A DNA stretch of 64,000 bases from an uncultured Pseudomonadota bacterium. GTDB taxonomy: Bacteria; Pseudomonadota; Gammaproteobacteria; DASZBR01. The stretch spans positions 134,015 through 198,014 of the forward strand of contig CAVQJZ010000007.1 of assembly GCA_963712965.1 (NCBI GenBank). Reading direction: 5' to 3'. Shown piece by piece: positions 39,639 to 49,749 of the stretch. Each line of letters begins with the position of its first letter. Positions within the stretch are counted from its first letter, which is position 1. The notes beneath the pieces are model-generated. The model did no database searches, was not told the origin of the DNA, and saw only the letters and a list, made by a program, of their open reading frames with translations. Both the position numbers and the translations under genes were made by a program.

Positions 39639-41507
39639 CTATAACTTTAATGAAGCTATCTCTGCTTTCAAAGTTTCAACGATCGCCCAAGGGTTAAGAG
39701 CGCTTTGTAGGTTTTGCAGTCTGGCAAGCCATGGCGTTTTTATCAGTAAAGAAAAAGTCTGTTCAGTACTTTCCTCTAATTGTTTGTTATGCCAGCGCTC
39801 AACAATTTCTTTTAAAGCTAGAGGCCCTAAACTTTTCTTTGCCGTCGAATGGATTTTTTCAACGGGGTATAAAGTTACTTTGTTTTCAAACATCTGTTTT
39901 ACAATGATGTTGATAGGAGATTTTTTTAATGCTTCTGTTTTAAAGGCTTGAAGCAGCTCTTCTATCGATCGTGTAATTAATGATTCTCGTTCCTTCGATG
40001 GCAAACTAGCAATATTTTCTTTAGCAAAGCTTAAGGCGTAATTTTTTAAAAATGGCTCTGATAAATCACCTTTCAAGAACATATCCCAAAATGCTTCAGC
40101 CGCTTGGGTATAAAATTGACTAAAGTGTGGCTTAGGTTGTTCGGTGCAAGCATCGTACAACTGTTCGACTCGGGCACTAAACTGTTCCACAAAAGCAACT
40201 TCTAGTTTGTCATCTTGATACGCTTGGGCGAGCTGCTCAGTCCATTTTTCTTTGAGCAGTTCTAATAAGGTTGGTTTTTGCAAGAGGTATGCTGCTATCT
40301 GGTTATTGATGTAATTGATAAATGGTTTATCTAAAGTTTGGTTGTATGCATATTTATCTCGTGCTGTTTGGAGCATTTCATGTTGCCAAAAAATAATCTC
40401 AGGTTGGCTTTGTTCGTTTATGTCTTTACTTTTTTTCCAACTGTCGAAGCTGGATTGATAAATAGTTTTGGCAATATCATCAATTTGTTGTTTTAAAACC
40501 TCTGAGAGTTTCGTAGACCACTGTTCTTGAAAGGCTTGCATTAAAATAGTTTTATAGGTCTCGACAATTACTTGAGGCAAGGGTTGCTGCTCTGAAGCTT
40601 TTAAGAGCAGGTGAACGCCTGCTTCTAAACGACGTAACTCGCGCTTTTGTGTTTTACGGTTGGCAACATCTGCTAACACGGTATCAGTTTCTAGAGCTAA
40701 TTGTTCAATCGCGATAATTCCCCCACGAGCTAGAAGATTAATTTTTTTAGGTTCGTCTAACAAATCTAATACGGTAATAAAACTAATATTTTCTGGGTTC
40801 ATGTCAGAAACAATGAGCGCATTCAATCTGTTGACATCTCGATTTTCGATTGCACTCAACCAAAATGATGTACCATAAACTGGCGTAAAGATAGCATGGG
40901 AATTTAGAGTTGGAGTTTGTTCGTTTTTTTTATTGGGCGATGCTTTAGCAGGTATTGCGCCCTTCACCATAGGTAAAAGGTGTGGCGTTGGTTTTACCGT
41001 TGATTGGCGTTTTTGTATTGTTTCAGCAAGAAAATTAGCAATTTCTTGGCGGCCTAATTCTTGAGCTAATTCAAGTGGTGTTTTGTCAACACCAACAAGG
41101 TTACCCACCAAACTCACACCTTTTTTCTCTGCCAGAGCTTTAACCGTTTCATATTTGTTATCAACAATGGCTTGTCTAAATGTATTTCGTAGCGTTCGAT
41201 TTCTGTTTAATAGGCGTTCGATAACGTTTACTTCTTCAACGCTTAGGCCGTTACTCTGAAGGTTAATCATAATCACCGAATTATTTTTCTTTAACCCCTG
41301 CGCTAGGTATTTTACACCTTCAGAGCCTAGGTTGTTATTCCAAAGGTTAATCATGGTCACCGAAGTGTTTTTCTCCAGGGCTTCAGCCAAAACTTTCATA
41401 TCTTCAGGACCAATTTGTTTTTCTGTAAGATCTATCGTTTCAAGCGAGGGATCATTATTTTTAATTCGATTAATAAGGTCATTCCATTTTTCAAGCGCCA
41501 TTTTCAT
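39639..41507 (-). CDS. Eukaryotic-like LRR (RNI-type) plus ankyrin-like repeat protein, candidate Dot/Icm substrate
   Basis: 622 aa. N-terminal 28-aa RNI-type LRRs (L.EALEKNTSVTMINLWNNNLGSEGVKYLAQGLKKNNSVIMINLQSNGL), then an ANK-like unit (TPLELAQELGRQEIANFL). The C-terminal ~400 aa are helical with no motif I recognise. Confidence 0.8.
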   Translation of the reverse strand: MKMALEKWNDLINRIKNNDPSLETIDLTEKQIGPEDMKVLAEALEKNTSVTMINLWNNNLGSEGVKYLAQGLKKNNSVIMINLQSNGLSVEEVNVIERLLNRNRTLRNTFRQAIVDNKYETVKALAEKKGVSLVGNLVGVDKTPLELAQELGRQEIANFLAETIQKRQSTVKPTPHLLPMVKGAIPAKASPNKKNEQTPTLNSHAIFTPVYGTSFWLSAIENRDVNRLNALIVSDMNPENISFITVLDLLDEPKKINLLARGGIIAIEQLALETDTVLADVANRKTQKRELRRLEAGVHLLLKASEQQPLPQVIVETYKTILMQAFQEQWSTKLSEVLKQQIDDIAKTIYQSSFDSWKKSKDINEQSQPEIIFWQHEMLQTARDKYAYNQTLDKPFINYINNQIAAYLLQKPTLLELLKEKWTEQLAQAYQDDKLEVAFVEQFSARVEQLYDACTEQPKPHFSQFYTQAAEAFWDMFLKGDLSEPFLKNYALSFAKENIASLPSKERESLITRSIEELLQAFKTEALKKSPINIIVKQMFENKVTLYPVEKIHSTAKKSLGPLALKEIVERWHNKQLEESTEQTFSLLIKTPWLARLQNLQSALNPWAIVETLKAEIASLKL

Positions 41508-41628
41508 GCTTCAGTCCTCCAAAGTTTTCACGATTGCAACACATCTGCGAATTCGCAGGTTAGCTTTTTTTGTTCATCCGCCAATCTTAGCTGCTTGCCG
41601 GGGGTTTTACATTAGTTCCGCAAGAAAG

Positions 41629-44600
41629 CTAGCAATTTTTTCGCGGAGATGATGGCTCAGAACTCCAATCATCATCCTCACTTTCATCGTCATTATTATC
41701 ATCGCCGCCTTGATATATGCTTACCCTTCTTTGGGCGAAAGCTCTTTCCAACACATCAGCTAACCTTTCTTCTCCTGACGCACCAACAACCTTTTTCTCA
41801 TCCGGTTTTTCCACGGGTTTCTTCAAAAGACCAGCTTGACTCAAAAGTGCTGCTTGCAATGCTGTTGGCTTATTTTCTTCCACTACTAGAACTGCTTCTT
41901 GCACTGGTGCAGGTGGCGGCAAAGGCACTTCAACAACAACCACTTCATCACTTTTATCACTCTCTATTTTTACTTCCTCAATTATCTCTTCTTGTTCTTG
42001 TATTTTTTCTTGTTGTTGTTCTTCTTCCTTCAATACTTCCACTTCATATTTTTCTACTTTTATTTCTACTTGTATTTTTTGTGGCAAATGCTGTCCGTGC
42101 TTTACGCGCAATTCATATACTGATGAATAAGCCTCATCGCCATTAACTCCTGCCAACACTCGTCGTAACATCTCTACCACAAACGGGCCATGATCAACTA
42201 AATTGTCTGCGGCTACTAGATTTTCGCTCATCAAATATGGACCAGAAAGTGCAATACTATTATTGCTTGCAAGAATTTTCGCTGTACTCACTAACTCCGA
42301 AGATAGCTCACGAAACTCTTGTTGTTTGTCAGCAGAATCACAAAGAACCATGACAAAATTAACATCATCAAATCGATACAGAGCAAAACCCACCCAATAC
42401 GGCTTATCTTCTTCATTTGAACTATTAATAGGGATAACACGAGGGATATATTGCGAATCCAGAAATGCTTTCTCAACAATATCAGCAAAAGCCGATTGAA
42501 AAGGCAAGCCTGGCATTGGCAAATGCCATGAAAGCGGTTGAACAATAGCTCCAGTCTCCGCATATAAAATATTTTGCATTATTTCTGGTGAATACCAACC
42601 TTCGGCTGGTGGCAATGGCGCACTATCTGCTGGTGGCACTAAAGGAATTGGCACTACAGATGCTTTAATTTTCGGCGCAATTAATTCGGCATATGTTGCA
42701 CGCAAGTTGACATCATTAACCAATGTAGGATCAAGTCGCGTAATATTTTTATTACCACCATTTACGACCGCCATTAAATTACCCATGGTAAATACAGGAT
42801 TCTTTGGATCCACATTATCTTGTGGTTTATGCATCACTGTAACTACGTTGAAATCTCCATGCTCGTAACTTACTTTGCCAATCGCTTGCACAATCGGTAA
42901 AACTACCTCTTTCAAAAATGACGAACCATCTTTTTGCAACAAACTCTTTGCGTGTGTTTCCAAATGAATATCGTCACTATTTGCGCCTAAATTTGTCGAC
43001 AACACATTTCCTAATGGATTTAAAATTCTTATTGTGTAACGATTCGGAAGACTTGGATGTGGAATAATAGCCAACCCAAACCACGAACCATCCTTCATTT
43101 TAATCGGCATGACAAATGGCTTATCACACAAAGAAAGCTCGCGCAGAATATCTTCTATTTGCTTCACGTTTTTCCAAACTATTGGCGCATGCACAGTTGT
43201 TTCAATACTTTTCTCCGCAAAATATTTTTCTAGAATTGTTGTAATATCCAAATCATTCAAAGAGTATTTTGGATCGCGAATTTGCTCTGGTGTTGCCAGA
43301 CGAAGAGCGGTCATTGCTTTTGGCGGTTTGGGAGGATTAATAACAAACTCAAGTTGTTGAATTACGTTTTCAGTACATACCGCGCGATAGTTCGTTAAAA
43401 CATATTCAGCCGTTGCCTGATCTGTCTTGCCAAGGTTTTGCAGATGTACTAAAGCAAGCCACTCGCCTTTAGTTAATTCATTAGCTTTTGTGCTAATCAA
43501 AGCTTTGCTATGACTGTCCCTATTGTCACTCGCGTTTAAAAGCTCTACTAATTGCAGAGGGTTTAAAAAACAACGCAACGTCGGCGTTGTTATGATCGCA
43601 CTTAACAACCCCTCATATTCTTTTTTGTTTTTCTGACTCATTAACAAATACAACCACTTGCCAACGGAATCAGAAGCAACTTTATTAAGCCAATCAAATT
43701 CAAAATATCTGTTAAACAAAACATTTGTATCGATTTTACTCAGATCAACAAACTCCTGTGCCAAATAATCACTGACAAATTTTTCTCTATCACTTGCCAT
43801 TAAGTACGTAACAAACCCTCGAGTAATTTCATCATTAAGAAAAAATTCTTCCGTTATTTGCTTTGTGCTATACAAATAATTCATTAAAAATCTAAGCGAT
43901 AAAGATGTTTTTTCTGAGAACATCATTATGTTGGGACTATTGAGAATTTCTCGCAGCTTATCTAGCGTGACAAGGTTTACTCCTTGTGTCTCGAGCAACC
44001 CAGGAACTGCAATAACTGCTTTTACTTCTGGCATAACGGCTTCGATGGATTTTTTCTGGAACTCCGTTGCACCAAAAAGTTTCTTCTTGGGAACTCGAAT
44101 AGTTGTTTCATACTTTTTTTCACCAACTGCTTCAACCGCCTCTACACCCTCAATTAACTGCGGAGCCATTTGAATTACCCAACCAAATACTTCCAAATTA
44201 TTTAACAAATCTCCCAAAGCTGAATCTTTACTCAAGAACCGCTTTAAAAATCTCTCACGTAGATTGTTAGTATTAAAATACTTCTCCACCTCAGCTCGGC
44301 GCGATAGCCCTTGCTCAGGATCACCATAAAATTCCACAAATCCCACAGATTGAGAAGCGCTAGCGATTGCGGCGCGAATGGTACTTACGTCGTTTTTGCT
44401 CAAGTGAGTTTGTTTTAGAACATCAAAAAATTCCTGGGGCTTTAGTTTTTTCAGTATTTTTAGATTTTTTCTTTTTTCTTGTTTTGCTAAAACTTCTGAT
44501 GTTAAAAACGAAGGAAAATCAGAATCATTCAAGATTTCTTTCGCCGATGCATGTACTTTTAACCACTCACTCAAACAACCTTGCGCAAACTTGTTAAACC

Positions 44601-45246
44601 ACAACAACACAGTTTTTTTAGCCAGAAAGTCCTCGTGGGTAACTGGTTGATCTGGCGACCAAAAATATCCCTTCATCCAAAGTTGGCTAATAAATTTTCT
44701 ACGCTCTTCCAAATCAGGTATTTCTTGCTCTAGATCATCTTTAATTTCTTGCCAGAGAAGCTCATTGTCTTTTGTCCAAAAGATATCGTTCATGTGTCGT
44801 TGCACTTCTTGAGGAGCGAGAGAAGTTTCTCGTGCTAAGAAATTGAATAACGAAATGACGTCTTTAGACACCCAAGCGGTATTCTCTGGAACTAATTTCA
44901 TTAAAGTAAGATCGTCGCCTATGACTCCAACAAAACGAATTAATGTATTAATGGAATCGCTCAACTCTACATTTACTGTCTTCGTAACTGCTGGATTAGA
45001 ACGCCACTCTTGCATTTGTTTCTGCACAAGCCCAAGCAGCAATCGAAAATTATCAAAATTCATACCACTGATGTTGGCTGCTTGCAAAGATTGTTCATGT
45101 TTTTCGAATAAGGCTAGCACAGCAGTATCTTCGGTTTTTGTTTTCAACTCTCTCAAACGCTGGAGAATTTCTGTTTTTTTATTTTGAAAAAATTGGGCGG
45201 CTTCTTGTGTGGTTAATTTCAAACTGGCACTAATTGACTTCGGCAT
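41629..45246 (-). CDS. Orphan 1205-aa protein with an acidic C-terminal tail, candidate Dot/Icm substrate
   Basis: Uninterrupted 3.6-kb ORF. The C-terminal ~140 aa are Glu/Asp-rich (EEEQQQEKIQEQEEIIEE...DDNNDDESEDDDWSSE). Confidence 0.8.
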   Translation of the reverse strand: MPKSISASLKLTTQEAAQFFQNKKTEILQRLRELKTKTEDTAVLALFEKHEQSLQAANISGMNFDNFRLLLGLVQKQMQEWRSNPAVTKTVNVELSDSINTLIRFVGVIGDDLTLMKLVPENTAWVSKDVISLFNFLARETSLAPQEVQRHMNDIFWTKDNELLWQEIKDDLEQEIPDLEERRKFISQLWMKGYFWSPDQPVTHEDFLAKKTVLLWFNKFAQGCLSEWLKVHASAKEILNDSDFPSFLTSEVLAKQEKRKNLKILKKLKPQEFFDVLKQTHLSKNDVSTIRAAIASASQSVGFVEFYGDPEQGLSRRAEVEKYFNTNNLRERFLKRFLSKDSALGDLLNNLEVFGWVIQMAPQLIEGVEAVEAVGEKKYETTIRVPKKKLFGATEFQKKSIEAVMPEVKAVIAVPGLLETQGVNLVTLDKLREILNSPNIMMFSEKTSLSLRFLMNYLYSTKQITEEFFLNDEITRGFVTYLMASDREKFVSDYLAQEFVDLSKIDTNVLFNRYFEFDWLNKVASDSVGKWLYLLMSQKNKKEYEGLLSAIITTPTLRCFLNPLQLVELLNASDNRDSHSKALISTKANELTKGEWLALVHLQNLGKTDQATAEYVLTNYRAVCTENVIQQLEFVINPPKPPKAMTALRLATPEQIRDPKYSLNDLDITTILEKYFAEKSIETTVHAPIVWKNVKQIEDILRELSLCDKPFVMPIKMKDGSWFGLAIIPHPSLPNRYTIRILNPLGNVLSTNLGANSDDIHLETHAKSLLQKDGSSFLKEVVLPIVQAIGKVSYEHGDFNVVTVMHKPQDNVDPKNPVFTMGNLMAVVNGGNKNITRLDPTLVNDVNLRATYAELIAPKIKASVVPIPLVPPADSAPLPPAEGWYSPEIMQNILYAETGAIVQPLSWHLPMPGLPFQSAFADIVEKAFLDSQYIPRVIPINSSNEEDKPYWVGFALYRFDDVNFVMVLCDSADKQQEFRELSSELVSTAKILASNNSIALSGPYLMSENLVAADNLVDHGPFVVEMLRRVLAGVNGDEAYSSVYELRVKHGQHLPQKIQVEIKVEKYEVEVLKEEEQQQEKIQEQEEIIEEVKIESDKSDEVVVVEVPLPPPAPVQEAVLVVEENKPTALQAALLSQAGLLKKPVEKPDEKKVVGASGEERLADVLERAFAQRRVSIYQGGDDNNDDESEDDDWSSEPSSPRKNC

Positions 45247-45361
45247 GACTATATTCCTTTAACAGCAATTGAAAGAGCCGGGATTATGGCAGATGAAAGC
45301 TTAAGGTTTTCTTAAGTTAAGAGAAACTGGTTAGTTTATTTTTATTGTCTCCATCCTTGAC

Positions 45362-45387
45362 CAAGGTTAACATATTTGTTAACCTTG
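45362..45387. promoter_or_regulatory. Perfect 11-bp inverted repeat CAAGGTTAACA-tatt-TGTTAACCTTG; candidate TA operator
   Basis: Ends 4 nt before the toxin ATG at 45392. Read directly. Confidence 0.5.
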
Positions 45388-45391
45388 CCTC

Positions 45392-45751
45392 ATGATAATG
45401 ATAAAGTTTTTTCAAAATAATAATGGCTCCTACCCAGTAGCAGATTTTCTCGACGGTTTGTCTTCTAAACAGGCGCAGAAAGTCACCTGGGTAATGAGAC
45501 TCGTCGAAGAGATGCATCACGTACCCACTCAGTACTTTAAAAAACTGGGCCATACTGATGATCTCTGGGAAATTCGTGTGCAAATTAGCGGCAATATCTT
45601 CCGTATTTTAGGATTTTTTGCTGACCACAATCGTTTTATTGCTGCTCATGGGTTTCAAAAGAAAACACAGGAAACGCCTAGGAATGAAATCTTAATCGCG
45701 GAAAAAAGAAAATTTATTTACATGAAGCAGCACGGTGACCAATATGTCTGA
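45392..45751 (+). CDS. RelE/ParE-superfamily toxin (phage Gp49 / HigB-like, DUF891)
   Basis: 119 aa. ...DLWEIRVQISGNIFRILGFF......IAAHGFQKKTQETPRNEILIAEKR is the typical Gp49-like pattern. Confidence 0.8.
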   Translation: MIMIKFFQNNNGSYPVADFLDGLSSKQAQKVTWVMRLVEEMHHVPTQYFKKLGHTDDLWEIRVQISGNIFRILGFFADHNRFIAAHGFQKKTQETPRNEILIAEKRKFIYMKQHGDQYV

Positions 45752-46019
45752 CTTACAACACTATATTACTGAACGAAAAAAGAAAGATCCTAAATTCGCC
45801 GCAAACTATGACGTTGGCTATAGTGAATTTAAAATTGGCGAAATGGTTCGTGAATTGCGTCAAAAAGCTGGCCTGACTCAAGCTGACCTTGCGCATAAAC
45901 TACACACCAAGAAATCAGCTGTATCACGCCTTGAACAACACGCTACGGATATTCGTTTATCCACTCTTCTCAAAATTGCTCTACTTTTTGGCAAACGCTT
46001 GCGTATTAGCTTCCAATAA
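45735..46019 (+). CDS. XRE-family HTH antitoxin (HigA-like)
   Basis: 94 aa. LRQKAGLTQADLAHKLHTKKSAVSRLE HTH. 17-nt overlap with the toxin gene. Confidence 0.8.
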   Translation: MTNMSDLQHYITERKKKDPKFAANYDVGYSEFKIGEMVRELRQKAGLTQADLAHKLHTKKSAVSRLEQHATDIRLSTLLKIALLFGKRLRISFQ

Positions 46020-46023
46020 TCTT

Positions 46024-46335
46024 TCAATCCATCTGCACCTGAATTTTTCCGTCGACAATTTGTACAGGATAAGTAGTTACTGGTTCGTATGCCGGTGGAG
46101 ATAATGCTTCGCCCGTTTCAAGACAAAAATGCGCGCCATGGCGCGGACAAACCAGTTGGTTATCACTCAACCAACCGTCTGACAAATAAGCATGATCGTG
46201 GGAACACAAGTCATCCAGCGCGTAACATTGGCCATCGACATTAACGATCACGATCCGTTGGTTATTCACGGTAAACCCACGCACCGCATTTGGTGCAACG
46301 TCATTGATATTGGCTACGGTAATCCACTGAGACAT
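46024..46335 (-). CDS. Rieske [2Fe-2S] ferredoxin-like protein
   Basis: CSHDHA...(17 aa)...CPRHGAHF Rieske ligand motifs. 103 aa from MSQWITV. Confidence 0.85.
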   Translation of the reverse strand: MSQWITVANINDVAPNAVRGFTVNNQRIVIVNVDGQCYALDDLCSHDHAYLSDGWLSDNQLVCPRHGAHFCLETGEALSPPAYEPVTTYPVQIVDGKIQVQMD

Positions 46336-46368
46336 GCTATGTTTATTCCTTATGTTGAAGGAGTCATT

Positions 46369-46755
46369 ATGCAAAAACCAAACTCAACCCTAGGTCTACA
46401 TCATCTAGCACTTTCGGTTAAAAATCTTGGGGCTTGCGTGAATTTTTACACGAATTTATTGGGAATGAAAATTGTTTGGCAACCGGACAATGATAATGTT
46501 TACCTTTCCAGCGGCAATGATAATTTAGCGCTGCATCGCGCGAAAGAAAGTTTTACTCGCACAGAACATCAAGCTTTAGATCATTTAGGATTTTTCTTAA
46601 AAACACCGGAAGATGTTGACCAATGGCATGATTATTTGCGCGCTCATCAAGTCACTATCAAAGCCGCGCCAAAGAATCATCGTGATGGTGCCCGCAGTTT
46701 TTATTGCGCAGATCCTGAAGGGAATGCGGTGCAGATGATCTATTATCCGATGTAA
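46369..46755 (+). CDS. VOC (glyoxalase/bleomycin-resistance/dioxygenase) family protein
   Basis: 128 aa from MQKPNSTLGLHHLALSVKNL with GAAGGAG Shine-Dalgarno. HLAL...DHLGF...DPEGN pattern. Confidence 0.85.
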   Translation: MQKPNSTLGLHHLALSVKNLGACVNFYTNLLGMKIVWQPDNDNVYLSSGNDNLALHRAKESFTRTEHQALDHLGFFLKTPEDVDQWHDYLRAHQVTIKAAPKNHRDGARSFYCADPEGNAVQMIYYPM

Positions 46756-46767
46756 TTTAACATTACT

Positions 46768-46849
46768 GTCATTGCGAGGCGACGAAGTCGCCGTGGCAAT
46801 CCAGAAACAAAACCTAGATTGCTTCGTCGCTAACACTCCTCGCAATGAC
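46768..46849. mobile_element. MITE-like repeat, family B, second copy
   Basis: Same 11-bp terminal inverted repeats and internal GGATTGCCACGGCGA / GCGAAGCAATCTAG blocks as 25442-25524, in opposite orientation. Confidence 0.65.
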
Positions 46850-46871
46850 AACATTTTTTTTCATAATGACA

Positions 46872-47231
46872 TCACTTCTTTTCATCCGAATTAGGAATTT
46901 GATGAATAAGATCCATCACATGTTGCGCTTGTTTCAATGTTTGATCGTAATAAAAATGAAAGGTTGGTACGACACGCAAATCAACGCTAGCAGCAATTTT
47001 TTTACGCAAATAATGCGCTGCTTTATTTAACCCCATTTCAGCACTTTTTGCTTCATCGTCATTAAACGTTATGAAATAAATTTTGGCGTGGCTTAAATCT
47101 GGCGATACGCGCGCATGTGTTAACGTAACTGATTTTACACGCGGATCTTCTAACTCACTCTGCAATAATAAAGCTAACTCACGTAATAACAACGCTTCAA
47201 GACGTTCTAATCGATGTGATGTTTTATGCAT
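46872..47231 (-). CDS. rbfA: Ribosome-binding factor A
   Basis: 119 aa. RLE..L.RELA.LL..E..DPR.....T...V.VS.DL..AKIY. Confidence 0.93.
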   Translation of the reverse strand: MHKTSHRLERLEALLLRELALLLQSELEDPRVKSVTLTHARVSPDLSHAKIYFITFNDDEAKSAEMGLNKAAHYLRKKIAASVDLRVVPTFHFYYDQTLKQAQHVMDLIHQIPNSDEKK

Positions 47232-47243
47232 AATAAAAAAACC

Positions 47244-49736
47244 TTATAATTTACGCGCGACACTTATTTTTTCATAAACTTCAATTTGATCGCCAACGCG
47301 TACATCATTGTAGTTTTTCACACCAATACCGCATTCCATACCTTGACGTACTTCACCCACATCGTCTTTAAAGCGACGCAAGGATTCTAATTCGCCTTCA
47401 TAAATCACCACGTTATCGCGCAATACACGAATTGGATTATGACGCTTCACGGTTCCTTCGATCACCATAGATCCTGCAATCGCACCAAATTTCGGTGAAC
47501 GAAATACTTCGCGCACTTGTGCCAACCCCAAAATTTGTTCTTTAATTTCTGGCGATAACATACCACCTAAAATACTTTTCACTTCATCAATGATGTCGTA
47601 AATAATACTGTGGTAATGCATGATGACACTTTCACGCTCTACCAAACGACGTGCCGATGCATCCGCGCGTACATTGAACCCCATGATCAGCGCTTTCGAT
47701 GCAATGGCTAAATTCACATCCGATTCAGTAATTGCACCAACGCTATTCGAAACGACTTTTACTTTAATTTCATCAGTGGATAATTTGGTGAGCGCATCAC
47801 TAATGGCTTCGGCCGAACCTTGCACATCTGCTTTCACAATAATATTCAACGCTTTCGTTTGATCATCGCCCAAACGCGCAAACATATCTTCTGCTGTTGT
47901 CATTTGTTTAGCTAAACGCACATCACGATATTTCCCTTGACGGAATAACGCCACTTCACGTGCTTTTTTCTCATCGCTCACGACTAATGCATCATCACCT
48001 GCCGCAGAAGGCGCAGATAAACCAATCACTTCAACAGGAATCGACGGGCCAGCGCTTTGGATGGAACGACCATTTTCATCATGCATTTTGCGCACGCGGC
48101 CAAACTCCTGACCAGCCAACAATATATCGCCTACATGCAACGTTCCACTTTGCACTAAGATGGTGGCAACCGCACCACGACCTTTATCCATAAACGATTC
48201 AATCACTACGCCACGTGCAGGCGCGTCAACCACCGCTTTTAATTCCAATAATTCCGCTTGAATTAATAATGATTCGAGCAAGTCATCAATACCCAAACCG
48301 GTTTTTGCTGAAATAGGCACGAAAATAGTATCGCCACCCCACGCTTCAGAAATCACATTATGTTGTGATAATTCCATGCGTACACGTTCTGGATCAGCGC
48401 CGTGTTTATCCATTTTATTGACCGCAACAACGATCGGCACATTGGCCGCTTTTGCATGTTGAATTGCTTCAATCGTTTGTGGCATCACGCCATCGTCTGC
48501 GGCCACCACTAAAATTACAATGTCTGTTGCTTTCGCACCGCGCGCGCGCATTGCTGTAAATGCGGCGTGACCTGGCGTATCTAAAAATGTCACGGTACCA
48601 CGAGGCGTTTCGACATGATACGCACCAATATGTTGTGTAATACCGCCGGCTTCACCCTGAGTAACTTTAGTACGGCGAATGTAATCTAATAAAGAGGTTT
48701 TACCATGATCGACATGACCCATAATGGTCACAACAGGTGGACGCGGTAATATTTGCGCATCTGTTTTTTCGATTTGCATTAATTCTTCTTCTAACGCATT
48801 TTCTTTCAACGGTTTAGCAACATGTCCCATTTCTTCGACGATAATAGTTGCGGTGTCTTGATCAATTACTTGATTGATGGTTGCCATCACACCTAATTTC
48901 ATCATGGCCTTAATCACTTCCGCCGCTTTAATTGCCATTTTTTGCGCAAGTTCTGCCACAGTGATTGTTTCTGGAATGTTCACTTCATGAATAATCGGTG
49001 CGGCAGGTTTTTCAACCTTAGCCACCATCTCAAATCTTCTTGGTTTATAACGACGACGCGGACGTCCATCGCTTTCTTCCTCACTACCCGTACTTAAATA
49101 ATAATCAGGGCGATGGCGATATTTATCATTGGGTGATTTTTCTGTGCGCTTTGCTTTAGCTTTTCTTTCCGCTTCTTCACGTGCTTCACGTTCTTCACGT
49201 TTTTGTCGATGTTCTTTGTCTTTCTCTGTTTCTTTTGCTTTAGCGGAAACATCTTCCTTCGAAGGTTCAACGGCCATTTTTTCTTTCGGTGTGCGTTCTT
49301 TTTCCGCCAATTCTTGTTGCTGTTTCGCGGCTAATTCTGCTTGACGCGCCAATTCTTCTTGCTTCTTACGCTCTTCTTCAGCGCGCGCCTGTTGCTCTTC
49401 TTGTAACAACTCTTCGGCGCTACGTTTAACAAACGTGCGTTTTTTACGCACTTCCACACTAATCGTTTTTTTGCCGCTCTCATTACTCGATAATGCTGTC
49501 TTGCTGACACGCTTTAAAGTAATTTTTGGGGCGGCAATGGTGGTTTTGGCAGCTGTACTACGTCCACGTTGCAAATAGCTTAATAATTTTAATTTTTGTT
49601 CGTCATTTAAGATCTCATCGATTTTTTTAATTTCGGTGACGCCAGCTTCTTTTAACTGCTCCAATAATTTTTCAGGTGCAATACCAACGGTTGCAGCTAA
49701 TTGCGCAACACTGACACCTTTTTTTACAACAGCCAT
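47244..49736 (-). CDS. infB: Translation initiation factor IF-2
   Basis: 830 aa. G-domain [25 protein letters not shown]. Confidence 0.97.
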   Translation of the reverse strand: MAVVKKGVSVAQLAATVGIAPEKLLEQLKEAGVTEIKKIDEILNDEQKLKLLSYLQRGRSTAAKTTIAAPKITLKRVSKTALSSNESGKKTISVEVRKKRTFVKRSAEELLQEEQQARAEEERKKQEELARQAELAAKQQQELAEKERTPKEKMAVEPSKEDVSAKAKETEKDKEHRQKREEREAREEAERKAKAKRTEKSPNDKYRHRPDYYLSTGSEEESDGRPRRRYKPRRFEMVAKVEKPAAPIIHEVNIPETITVAELAQKMAIKAAEVIKAMMKLGVMATINQVIDQDTATIIVEEMGHVAKPLKENALEEELMQIEKTDAQILPRPPVVTIMGHVDHGKTSLLDYIRRTKVTQGEAGGITQHIGAYHVETPRGTVTFLDTPGHAAFTAMRARGAKATDIVILVVAADDGVMPQTIEAIQHAKAANVPIVVAVNKMDKHGADPERVRMELSQHNVISEAWGGDTIFVPISAKTGLGIDDLLESLLIQAELLELKAVVDAPARGVVIESFMDKGRGAVATILVQSGTLHVGDILLAGQEFGRVRKMHDENGRSIQSAGPSIPVEVIGLSAPSAAGDDALVVSDEKKAREVALFRQGKYRDVRLAKQMTTAEDMFARLGDDQTKALNIIVKADVQGSAEAISDALTKLSTDEIKVKVVSNSVGAITESDVNLAIASKALIMGFNVRADASARRLVERESVIMHYHSIIYDIIDEVKSILGGMLSPEIKEQILGLAQVREVFRSPKFGAIAGSMVIEGTVKRHNPIRVLRDNVVIYEGELESLRRFKDDVGEVRQGMECGIGVKNYNDVRVGDQIEVYEKISVARKL

Positions 49737-49749
49737 AACGCCCCCTTTG

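Noticed and set aside
41554-41567. CTGCGAATTCGCAG palindrome between the two large orphan genes, as a possible terminator
   Set aside because: The stem is only about 5 bp once a loop is allowed. The nearby T-run is on the wrong strand for the minus-strand genes. It may be a binding site, but the evidence is too thin.
41649-42146. 165-aa plus-strand ORF and neighbouring small ORFs opposite the 1205-aa gene
   Set aside because: They are antisense to the GAA/GAT-rich acidic tail, which yields Phe/Leu-rich pseudo-ORFs. They lack an independent start context.
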